From the NCBI RefSeq assembly GCF_902459465.1, contig NC_047062.1, positions 9,362,001 to 9,426,000 on the forward strand: a DNA stretch of 64,000 nt, in the 5' to 3' direction. Shown here piece by piece: positions 33,511-45,200 of the stretch. Both the position numbers and the translations under genes were made by a program. The stretch comes from Asterias rubens. Its lineage: Eukaryota. Below the pieces are notes generated by a model, which searched no databases, had not been told where the DNA came from, and saw only the letters and a list, made by a program, of their open reading frames with translations. How positions within the stretch are numbered: position 1 is the first letter of the stretch; the number at the start of each line of letters is the position of its first letter.

Positions 33511-35854
33511 CAGCCCAGAGCACTTTGGTTAAAGGAACGAGGTACCAATATTTGAGTACAGGAACATTTAGTGGAACCTGACATAGTCAGATATGGATGC
33601 CCCCCCCCCCCCCCCCCCCGCTGCGTTTGGCGCATGGACCCCCAACAAAGAGGCAAAATAATGGGCTGAATCAAACATTGTAGGTACCATGAAACCAGGT
33701 GGAAATGGTCGTTAACATGATGCTTAGTTAAAAAAAATCAACCGCCAGACAAAATTGTCTGCTGCATTAGGCCTGCCAGACACACCCTCCCCAGTACAAA
33801 CCTATGGTTTGAAATTAACCAGTTGTCAAATCAGCTCAGATTTACATGAAACTTTGTCTAACTGTTCCACTATGGCTAAAATGAACACACATCAACAATT
33901 AAATCCATACTCTATATCGTTTCCGAGATACAGCCTCTTAAAATAATTATGCTAAAACATCCCCCTTTTGGAGCTCTGCCCCGCGACCGACTCCGCGCGT
34001 CGTCATGGTATTTTTTCAAACTTTAAGAGCCTGTAATTAACGACACCAGCTGTATGGCTGAAACGGTATATGCTATTTAAACTGTGGCCCTTGATTAATA
34101 ATTTGGCTGCATTGGGCCTGCCAGACACCCCCACCATCGGGGTTAAACATCGGAGGAACCACCTAAAACCAAGTTGAAATTACCAATAGGCCTATGCACT
34201 ATTCTTTATACGAGTAGGTATCAGCCGCCAGACAAATATGTTTTGCTGCATTAGGTCTGCTGGCAAACACCCCCTCCCGGTCCCCGGGTCAAACAGGGAA
34301 GAAACCACCCAAAACCAAATTGGAATGACCTAACACTCCAGGGGAGGGGAGGTGTCTGCCGGGCCCAATGCAGCAAAACTTTTGTCTAGCAGCTGATACT
34401 GATAAAGAATAGTACTCTGTAAAGGCCTGTTTGGTCATTTCAACTTGGTTTTAGGTGGTTTCTCTGATGATTAACCCGGGGGGGGGGGGTGTCTGCCGGG
34501 CCCAATGCAGCCAACATTTTCTCTGGCGGTTGATACTAGTATTAAGAATATTGTTATTAATTTTTGGTTTTTACCCATATACACCGATGTGTGTAGCACT
34601 GTATACTCAGTACTTTCCCCGAGTCCTGTGAAAAAAATCACAGGCATTTTACTCGGGTGGGATTCGAACCCACGACCCTTGCAATTCTAGAGCAGTGTCA
34701 TACCAACTAGACCACCGAGATTGCCCGGTAGCTAGAGGCTGTTTGAATCCTATGTTTAGCAGCGGGTACTGCAAACGATTTAATAGATGTTAAATTTGCA
34801 TAAAGAATATTAATTTTGGGATAAAGAATATTAATTTTTGGGGGTTTTTTACCCATATACACCGATGTGAACTGCCTCTAGCTACCGGGCAATCTCGGTG
34901 GTCTAGTTGGTATGACACTGCTCTAGAATTGCAAGGGTCGTGGGTTCGAATCCCACCCGAGTGACATCGGTGTATATGGGTAAAAACCCCAAAAAACAAT
35001 TAATATTCTTTATCCCGATGCAAATTTAACATCTATTAAGAATAATGTTATTGGTCATTTTAACTTGGTTTCAGGTGGTTCCTCTTATGTTTAATTAACC
35101 CGGGGAGGGGAGGTGTCTGCCGGGCCCATTGCAGCAAAGCTTTTGTCTGGCGGTTGATACTCTCTTATTATGATTGGTCATTTCTACATTACTCTATGGT
35201 TTTAGGTCGTTCCTCCAATGTTTGACCCCGGGGGTGTGGGTGTCTGGCAGGCCCAGTGCAACCAAATTATGAGGCCACAACCTAAACAGCATACACCTTT
35301 TTCAGCCATACAGCTGGTGTCGTTTTTAAATTAATGGGCTTTTAAAGTTTAAAAAAAATATCACGACGACGCGTGGAGTCGGTCGGGGCGGAGCTCCAAA
35401 ATGGGGAGGTTTTAGCATATTTTAAGAGGCCGTATCTCGGAAACGATATGGAGTATGGATTTAATTTTTGGTTTGTGTTCATATAGTGGAACAGTTAGAC
35501 AAAGTTTCATGTAAATCTGAGCTGATTTGACAACTGGTTAATTTCAACTCATAGGTTTGTACACTAAATATTTGGGGGAGGGGGTGTCTGGCAGGCCTAA
35601 TGCAGCAGACAATTTGTCTGGCGGTTGATATGTTTTACTAAGCATCATGTTAATGACCATTTCCACTTGGTTTCATGTGGTACTTACAATGTTGGATTCA
35701 GCCCATTATTTTGCCTCTTTGTTGGGGGTCCGTGCGCCAAACGCAGCGGGGGTCCCCGGCAGACATCTATATCTGACTATGTCAGGTTATCCACTAAATG
35801 TTCCTGCACTCAAATATTGGTACCTCGTTCCTTTAACCAAAGTGCTCTGGGCCG
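33511..35854. mobile_element. Long-TIR foldback element with internal subrepeats and a central tRNA-derived insert
   Basis: 33511-about 34330 is the reverse complement of about 35040-35854 (CAGCCCAGAGCACTTTGGTTAAAGG / CCTTTAACCAAAGTGCTCTGGGCCG). The GCTGCATT.GGCCTGCCAGACACCC motif recurs in the arms. No TSD identified. Confidence 0.8.
34545..35045. mobile_element. Two inverted copies of a tRNA-containing SINE-like element
   Basis: tRNA-like TCTCGGTGGTCTAGTTGGTATGACACTGCTCTAGAATTGCAAGGGTCGTGGGTTCGAATCCCACCCGAG on + (34893-34961) and on - (34652-34720). It has A-box and B-box-like motifs, a perfect T-arm and an imperfect anticodon stem. A degenerate third copy lies at 51003-51200. Confidence 0.7.
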
Positions 35855-37194
35855 CCGGTCTACACCCATCAGACTCCCTAAGATGCACCAAAAGCATCTA
35901 CGGCCTAAAAAAATTCCCCGGCCCAAAAGATGGCCCGGGCCCACAAAAGATTTCTCACTTGCATGCTCACTCTTTGACAGATTTGCCCTCTAAAATGTGT
36001 GTCATATACATCCACACTTGAAGATGCCGTTAACCCAAAAGGTTCTACTGCTGCTAAATGTTCTAAAGGTTAAGGCTTTACGTTCCATTTCATTTATAAT
36101 GCCTGTTATTGGCCTAGATTGCACCACAGAGCATCTACAATGCAATATTTTCCGGGTCCTTGAGCGGGCCAGGACCCCACGCCACAAAAGGCCCCCCTTA
36201 AACTTCTTGTCTGGATCCATCCTTGACGATGGTTGGGATGAAACGCCGCCTGAGCATAAAAGTGTTTTTTTTTATAGATAAAACTACCAATAGCGAAAAA
36301 TGCTGCACCAAAACTTTAAAAATTGTCTTAAATTCCCGGATCACACGCCGTAAATGTTATGACTTAAAGACACTGGAAACTATTGGCAATTACTCATAGA
36401 GAAATGACCGCGTGATTCTTTCTCTTTGGTTTTACTTAGCATCTGTTGGCACAAAACTTGTGCATGAAGGACTTATGTCAAGTGTCTTTCAGATGTCGCC
36501 CCCCCCCCCCCCCCCCCCCCCCCCATCTTTCAAAACAGATTGACGCCCACGAGACGCACACAAGGTCTTTTCAGCAGAGACCTCTATGTCCGGGTAGAAC
36601 GTGGATACGGATATGTTTCAACACTTTCTGTGAAAAGTGTTGCAAAAGCAACAACATAAGTGTGGTGGAATAAGTTTGATGATGGATGAAGTAACTTGAG
36701 CCAACAGGGGAATTTCTCTGCCATGGTTGTTGACCTGGGGTTGTGATAGGCAAGGCCATAAATTCTGTCTGTATGGCTTATTATTGAAACATTTTTGGGA
36801 CCACGTCAATTCTTCACATGGAAAGGAAACAAACTCGCGCACGTGTGTCCCAACAATCTAATCTGCAACATACCTTGTTATAGTGTTATGTTATTAAATT
36901 TGTATTTCCGTTTGCTTTTATTGCTAGCTTTGGCTTTTATGGCTATGCCCCTATTTTTAATTCTCTGCTTGTTTGTATTTGTTTCTGTTAGCATGGAAAT
37001 AAATGTCTCAAATGAAATTAATTCGTTGAATCCAGAAACTGCGACTCATCGAAAAAAAAGACAACTTACTACAATAATGGTCGACATCCCTAATGTTGGT
37101 CTTTATTCATGCCGATAACCGAGAGGTTAGGCCTATTCATGTAGACATTTGTATGAGCAAGTTTAGAAAATGCAATCTTAAAACACTCAAGAAT

Positions 37195-37579
37195 TTAAAG
37201 GCAGTGGACACTATTGGTAATTACCCAAAATAATTATTAACATAAAACCTTTTTTGGTGACGAGTAATGGGATGAGGTTGATAGTATAAAACATTGTGAG
37301 AATTGGCTCCCTCTGAAGTGACATAGTTTTTGAGAAAGAAGTAATTTTCCACGAATTTGATTTCGAGACCTCAGATTTAGAACTTGAGGCCTCAAAATCA
37401 ACCATCTAAACGCACACAACTTCATGTGACAAGGTTTTTTTTTTTTCATTATTATCTCGCAACTTCGATGACTGATTGAGCTCAAATTTTCACAGGTTTG
37501 TTATTTTATGCATATGTTGAGACACACCAAGTGAGAGGACTGGTCTTTGACAACTACCAATAGTGTCCACTGTCTTTAA
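37195..37579 (-). mobile_element. MITE family A, full copy
   Basis: TTAAAGGCAGTGGACAC ... GTGTCCACTGTCTTTAA. Confidence 0.85.
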
Positions 37580-37919
37580 AATAGATTAATGATGTTGGGA
37601 TGACATTTTTACCTCCAAGAAAGTCAAATTAAGTTGTCCCACGTCCTGTCTACGACGCCATTTCTTGTAGGGATCCGCACGAGAGCGTCGAAAGCCTGGA
37701 GTAGTAATTAGGTAGCTATATCACTAAAGTCTAGATGTGGATTACTCCACCGGCAAGGGGGTAATAAACTGTCTGTAGTATACTCGAGTATACTCGAGGA
37801 GGAGCTCAAATTATAATTACTGCATGTTTATATCTAGTACATCAAATCATCCTCAAATCATGATCCCCATGACCAAAGATATAATTTATGTGAGTGAATC
37901 GAACTATGAGTACGTCCGT

Positions 37920-38470
37920 TTAAAGACACGGGACACTTGGTAATTGTCAACGACCAGTCTTCTCACTTGGTGTATCTCAACATTATGCATAAAATAACAA
38001 ACCTGTGAAAACTTGAGCTCAATTGGTCATCGAAATTGCGAGATAATAATAAAAGAAAAACACCCTTGTCACACGAAGTTGTGTGCTCTTAGATGGTTGA
38101 TTTCGAGACCTAAAAATCTAAATCTGAGGTCTCGAATTCAAATTCGTGGAAAAATACTTCTTTCTTGAAAACTACATTACTTCATAAGGAGCTGTTTTTC
38201 ACAATGTTTTATACTATCAACAGCTCCCAATTACTCGTTTTCAAGTAAGGTTTTATGCTAAGAAAACAAAAATAAGTAGGACACCACATACAAATGGTAC
38301 ATGTTCACATTGCATTTTGGCTGGTAACCTTATCCTGGTAAGCAACATATGTCACTTCAGAGGGAGCTGTTTCTCACAATGTTTTATACTATCAACCTCA
38401 TCCCATAACTCGTCACCAAGTAATGTTTTAGGCTAATTTTTCTTTTGAGTACTGTGTCCACTGCCTTTAA
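37920..38470 (+). mobile_element. MITE family A with duplicated right end
   Basis: Left TIR at 37920; the interior segment CACTTCAGAGGGAGC...CAAGTAA occurs twice before the right TIR ending at 38470. Confidence 0.75.
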
Positions 38471-39156
38471 ACAGTACCCGCTCGTAAAAAAAAAAAATTA
38501 CAGTCGCAAGAGTAGAACAATTTCAACTTGAACGACGTGATCCCGACGGTCGGCAACCAATCGGAGATAAAGTGACGAGGGAAGTTTTGTCCTGTCATTC
38601 GTATTATTAACACTCCATTTTACTGTTTTTTTTGGGAAAAGGGTATCAGCAAGTCGTAATTGTGCGCTATCTTAATTTAAGAACGCAAATAGGAGTTCTC
38701 GGTTTTCAGGCTGTAACTTATGTTCGAAAGTTTATTTAGAGTAGTTCTATTTTATTGACTTTGAAGTTTAGCAGAGGAATCCCGAACTCTGTGCCGGTGA
38801 CGGAACAAGCTGCCTCTGTGGTTTTGTTTGGACATTTTTCAAGATTGATGCTCATCAGATGTTTGGAAAGTTACACTGGTGTGTAGGGGTGTTTTGGCTT
38901 GGAATGTGAATAACTCGACGGGCCCATTAGTGACTTCCCCTAGTAAATTGAGTAGAGGATCAAGCTGTGAGCCTTCTAAGTATTGTCCGTGTATGTTTTG
39001 ATATTGAGGATTGTGCATTGTATAATATGGGACAATGATTACCAATAAATGACCGTGAACGACTGCAGAAACTCCGCAACTTAAACGAACGCATCAATTC
39101 GCAGAAACCTAGACGTGCAGCTGTTTGAACCAGTTACGGATGTACAACAGGGTAGC

Positions 39157-39163
39157 TATAAAA
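39157..39163 (+). promoter_or_regulatory. Candidate TATA box of the CCP/HYR gene
   Basis: TATAAAA about 100 nt upstream of the ATG at 39265, in a locally CpG-containing segment. The transcription start site is unknown. Confidence 0.45.
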
Positions 39164-39264
39164 GCCCCGGGTATAGGGCCTATAAACCACTTTTATGTCA
39201 TTTTCGACATTTGAACTGCAAGCAGGAACTTTGAAGCAACCGTCGTCGTGTAATTTCAGCACAA

Positions 39265-42200
39265 ATGGGGCTGTTTGCAGCAATTGCTGTGGTTGCTGTT
39301 GCGTGTTTAATTTTCTGTTGTAAGTATCCTTATTTAAAGAGTTATATTTTAATATATTATTGCAAGCTTCAAACGATGCGCAGTTTTCATATCTTAAGTG
39401 GATCTAAAGAATGCTCTGAAATATATTATATAGTTATTACATGTCCTAAGTTGATGGAGTCTTTATATTTTGTTTTAATGTCGCTTAAGGGGCTCCGTAG
39501 GAAACGTAGTATGGGTAATATGGTCAAATAGCAGCCTTCTCACTTGGTATATCTCAACATATGCATCAAAATAACAAACCTGTGTAAACAACAACAAAAA
39601 TAATAATAATATCGAAGTCTTATATAGCGCACGTATCTACCAAACAAGGTACTCAAGGCGCTGAGTATATACAAACTTTCAGAAAGATATGTTATTGAAG
39701 TGATGAATTATGAGACCCAAGTATGTATAGCACCTTATAAGGGTTTACAAGGTGCTACGGCGCATTTAGCAGCCACCGCCAGGAACACCGGGGCGAACCA
39801 TTTCTCTTTTCGATAAGCGCGCTGGGTTCTTTCACATGCGTTACACAACACATGGGACCAACGGCTTTACGTCCCATCCGAAGGACGAATCAATGGTTAA
39901 GTGTTTTGCTTAATTAAGGACACAAGGTGTCATGGCTGGGGAACTCGAACCCACACTCTGCTGATCAGAAACACCAGAGTTTGAATTCGGTGCTCTTAAC
40001 CGCTCGGCCACGACACTTCCCATTACTCGTTACCATGCATGCAAGTAATGTTTAATGCTAATAATTATTTTGAGTAATTACCACTGTCTTTAAACACTTT
40101 TTACTAGTGTTATATCATCCGTTTAAACACCCCCACGTGATGCCCTCTTGACCAATCAATATGTATAAACTGTCTCAGGTATTTATGAGAAACGGCTCCC
40201 TCTGAAGTGACGTAGTTTTCGAGTGAATTCGAGACCTCAAGTTTAGAATTTGAGGTCTCGAAATCATCTGAAAGTACACAACTTCGTGTGACCAGGGTGT
40301 TTTTTCTTTCATTATTATCTCGCAACTTCGATGATCATTGAGCTCAAATTTTCACAGGTTTGTTAATTCATGCATGTGTTGAGATACACTAAGTGAGAAG
40401 ACTGGTCTTTGACAATTACCAATAGTGTCCATTGTCTTTAAGGCTTTTAAAATCACACCAGTAATGTAATTATTTGTAAAGAAAATAGTGTTATTTTATG
40501 GTGTAAACTTTTATTCTTATCTTGGTATAATGTCACAACAACCATGATGTTTACCATTGCAGTGTATTGATGAAACGTGGAGGAATAAGAATAGTATTGG
40601 CCATAGGGCAAACTATCCAATAATCGGGAGGATGTTTTGATTCTCCAACTGCGGACAGTTCATATTGCTCAACTGAAATACCGCAATAATAAGTTAGTAT
40701 GTACCTCTTGTATCATTGATATGGTTTTGTTTTGTTTTTTAGCCAAGGGCGGGAACCAACGATCATCACAACAATCTGTTGAAAGGGTTCCGCCAGTGTT
40801 GGACCGTGCCTGCCCCTCCAGTATTGCGGTCTACACAGACCCTCGCTCAGACAGCGCTCGTGTTTCATGGATTGCCCCAACTGCTGAAGACCCAAGTCAA
40901 CCTGTTAGGTAAGTTATACCGTCTGTTCTCTACCAACCTGTCTTCCCTTATATGTGGGCGTGCAAACAGCCGGACGAATCCCTGTCGGAACTGTTGGGGA
41001 ATTAGGGGAAAGTTTAGATCTTTTCGGTCCAAAACTCAATAAGGGTTAACACTCCTGCCGCACCCACCACGAATGGGCCCCGTGTATAATCCGACAGATA
41101 ATGATCAGCGATTTATTTAAACGGGTGAATTTGCATTCAAACTCACACGAGGGCGCTGTGTTCAATGCGCATGGGTTCAACATCTACCATCTACCATCTA
41201 TGAACGGAGATTCTGCGTTTCGAAATCCGCATGCAATTATCCGCAACATGTTGGATTTGGTTGTATTGGAGAGAGGAGTGGTTGTGGTGATAATGACCAT
41301 GTCACCAAAAATGTGCAGTTGAGCTCTATTTGGTTTTCTTTAAAATGACAATAATGTTTTGCATTGTAAAACACAACATAGCTCCGTTTTTTTAATGGCA
41401 ACGCGGCGCATGGAATTGTGATCCTTTGGTATGCGCTGCTAGCTGGGCCGGCATGGAGTAAGGGTGCACCCAACCAAACAGGAGAGTCGAGCTCATTAAT
41501 ATTTTGTAGGCCCTGAAATTATTCTATATTGGACAGATTTGAGAGCCCCAGAAAGTGTTTCAGTGTAAAAATGTTGCATAATTGTGACCTGGGGGTTGTT
41601 GACTTCCAACTTGAGGTATTTTGGAGACATAGGCCCTGAAAAAAATGGTCCTATTTGCTGAGAGGTGTAGGGAAATTTTTCAAGATTGATGCTCGGACGT
41701 TTTGAAAATTAGACCTGTGAAGGGGTGTTTTTACTTGGAGGGAGAATAACTCGACGGGCCCAGGGACTCCCCATATAAAATTGAGCAGAGAATAAAAGTT
41801 CAAGAGTCAATCAATAATTTCCCCTTTCAAGTTAAAAGCTGTGAGACTTTTAAGTATTTTTCGTGTATTTTTGAATATTTAGCATTTTGCACTGGAGCTA
41901 TGGGAGATTTATACTATACCTCATACATATTCATGACACAGAGTCGAGTTCTCATAGGTCCAATCATCATCACGTGCCAGGTGTTAATTTTGCTAACTAC
42001 CAAGCGCGCACGTGAGTATTCACGCAAGTGGTAAATGCGCATGACAAGTAATAGTTCCCCGGGAACTATTCTACTTGTCATGCGCACTACCATTGCGCGA
42101 CGTCATCCCTTGTTGCTATTGATCGTGGCACCGTTTTGTATACACGCACGAACAACAGCGCTCTCTAAGCGACATCCAACACACATGAACAAACTTGTCA

Positions 42201-45200
42201 TTATGTGCATTTTGTTTCACAGTCGTCATTTTCGATCTTGCTCAAAACTCATGTTCCGGTAACTGAATATGTACGAAGTATAGTAAAACAAATATAACAT
42301 GGTTTATTTCGGGTGACTAGTCGATGAGCTCCCCTCGGTATTGGAAGTTGACAAATTAGTTCACTCGGCTTCGCCTCGGGAACTAGTTTGTCAACTTCGC
42401 CTCGGGAACTAGTTTGTCAACTTCCAATACCTCGAGGAGCTAATATACACATATTGACTGGCAACGAGGTAACTAGTATACGTCTATTCCCACGAGGGAC
42501 TTTGAGTGACCAGAAGAGCTACCTATTTTCCGAGGCCGAAGGCCGAGGGAAATAGGCCCCTCTTCTGGTCACTGACAGGCCCGAGGGGGAATAGACGTAC
42601 ACTAGTTACCGAATTATGCCAGTCAATATGTGTTTTATAACATAGCTCGGTCTTAAAATGTAAAGTAAGAACAGAAAAAGAAATGTTGTAGTTTGTTCAC
42701 GGTTCAAGCCAAGAGAGGTCGCTTTTACCGCGGGCACTATTTGCAAAGACTAGTGCCCGCTCTGGTACTATTCCCGCAAAACACGCGCGCGCGATCAGCA
42801 GCCTATATTAGTTCATCCCACGTGACCGTGTTTCAGCCAACCAGAATACAGAACGAGCAAGAGGTGTGTTATAATATCGACTAGTCACATATTTTTTGTA
42901 TACTATTTGGTGGGGTGCAGCAAAGGGAGCTCCAGAGGAATGGGTCAAGACGGTAATTGTTAAAGGAACACGTTGCCTTGGATCGGTCGAGTTGGTCTTT
43001 GAAAAGCGTTTGTAACCGTTTGTTATCAAATGCATATGGTTAGAAAGATGTTGTACAAGTATAATACAATGATCCACACAAACATGCCTCAAAATTGTAC
43101 GGTTTTCCTTTTACATCGTCGGATAACACGGTCCGCCATTTATGGGAGTCAAATTGTTGACACTCATAAACGATTTAGTGCTGCCGGCCATACGCTACCT
43201 ACGACCGTTTGAATTAAAAATGTGTAAAAATCGCACTGTGACTTTTGCATGAACGGCAGACAAATAGGCAGCGCCTAACGACTTGTCATCAAATCTAGAG
43301 GAAATGGGACTTGTTGGAGTTGAACTGACGAATGAGGGCGCACTTGACATCTTGACATCCTTTTGAGGCCGATCGTCTGCTCCTCCTCCTCTCCGTCATA
43401 CCTCATCTCATGGCTTGACCTTTCAATTGTTAATTTTTTCTTTTTACCTCCATTATGGTTCTACTTTTGGGTTTCCCTACTTTTCTCTCACTTTCATACA
43501 GTATCGGAAGAGAGGACGGAGGTCCTAGATCTGGTAACCTGTTCAGAGCCGATAATTCTCCCTACACCATCAAACATAGTGCTACTGATGGAAACGGAAA
43601 CAAAAACCCAAACTTATGCTCGTTCAAGATCTCTGTAACGGGTAAGTACCGGTAACTGTTTTTGTGTACCATCACAACACTGACATTATAATAGATTTAT
43701 TGCAACACAATATTCCAAGGGGTGGATCGAGGGTTAGACAATATTTTCTAGAAGAACGACCAGCACCTTGCCCACTATCCTTGGCCACACAAGTGGGGCT
43801 AGCCCACTACTTGCACAAGTTGCAGTAAATCAATACTATACTGAATTTGTATCCAAAAATCATTCAAACATCCTATCATCAAATGTAGCACTATCTTTTA
43901 TGTGCTGTGCAGTGATGGTTCTGGAAAAAACCTGTGGTGTAGCAACGGAATAGATTCAAGACTGATTCCCTTCATATCTGAGATACAATACGTCTAGAAA
44001 CTTTAAGGCTCCCGTGTGAGCCTTGCAAGTTTCTAGAAAGTAGAAGTGTAGGCTACCTACAGATAAGCACATCAGCAGAAGGAACCTCATCATAGTTCTA
44101 CTGAGTATAATAAGTCTAACTTTTGTACTTACACATTCTTATGCTGAGAATAGTAAAACCATGCACACCCAACTCATACACCTCACAACTGTACGAGTCA
44201 GTTTAATGATGAGTCGCTTTTGTGTATATTGTTGGTATATACCTTCATGTGTTCGTCTGTCCTTGTTGTCCTTTGTCTTTGTCTTTGTTTGTCCTAAATT
44301 CATGTTACCGTACCTTGGTTGTACTATACTAATTAATTGTCTGTCCATAGGTTAGGGAACAAAAGAATCTTGTTTAAACCTTACCTAAATGTTGTCTTTA
44401 AATTGCTGCTTTATTGGACCATTGTGTACCATATAGCATTGAAATAAGTTTTACTGAATGAATGAAACTATTCCACTGATAAGCATTCTCAGGCTGATAC
44501 TTGGGCCGAGGGAAAAGGATGCAATTTTCTTCAAGGTCAAAAAGAGACAAATCTGATATTTTGTACAGGTAGCATCTCAAAAAATAAATTGTTGTAAAGT
44601 TTGCTACAATACAAGTGTAGATCGATTCTTTCTAAAAGATTACTAGAGAACTTTTACTCAAAATCCTGGTTCATTTTTATTTTGTTTGTTTTAAGCAATA
44701 AAATGTGGGCTCCATCCAGCAGTCTCCATGGGTTATGTCTCCTGTTCACATCAAGACCTGTATGGATCGACGTGTACAATTAGGTGCACCAATGGATACT
44801 CCATTACAGGAGGACAGAGCAGCCGTACATGTCAAATAAGTAGCAAGTGGTCAGGGTATACACCATCATGTACACGTAAGTAAGGCAGTGGCTGGATTGG
44901 TGGCTACAGATTTGGCTGGTCGCCGTGACAACATAATTAAAGTATAGGACAACCTTTGACCACACACTTTGTAGCCGAAACCACCAATTTGAACCTGGAA
45001 TAAAACTCATTGCACATGCAGATCTAGTTCATTTGTCAGAGATATTCTAACAATCAAAGTTTATAATGAAAAATGATTGTGTGAACCATTATACAATTGT
45101 TGCACGCTGTGACGGGATCCAGGGCGTGTTGTACTACCGAGGGAGAAAATGTCACCCGAGGCGAAGCCGAGGGTGCCGTTTGCCACCGAAGGTATACAAA

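Noticed and set aside
34652-34962. Two tRNA genes (AGA anticodon)
   Set aside because: The anticodon stem is imperfect, the variable arm is too short for Ser, and the sequence is embedded in a dispersed repeat with a degenerate third copy; treated as a SINE-like module.
39930-40016. tRNA-Leu(CAA) gene (also at 54797)
   Set aside because: No 3' acceptor strand pairing; it runs into SINE body sequence.
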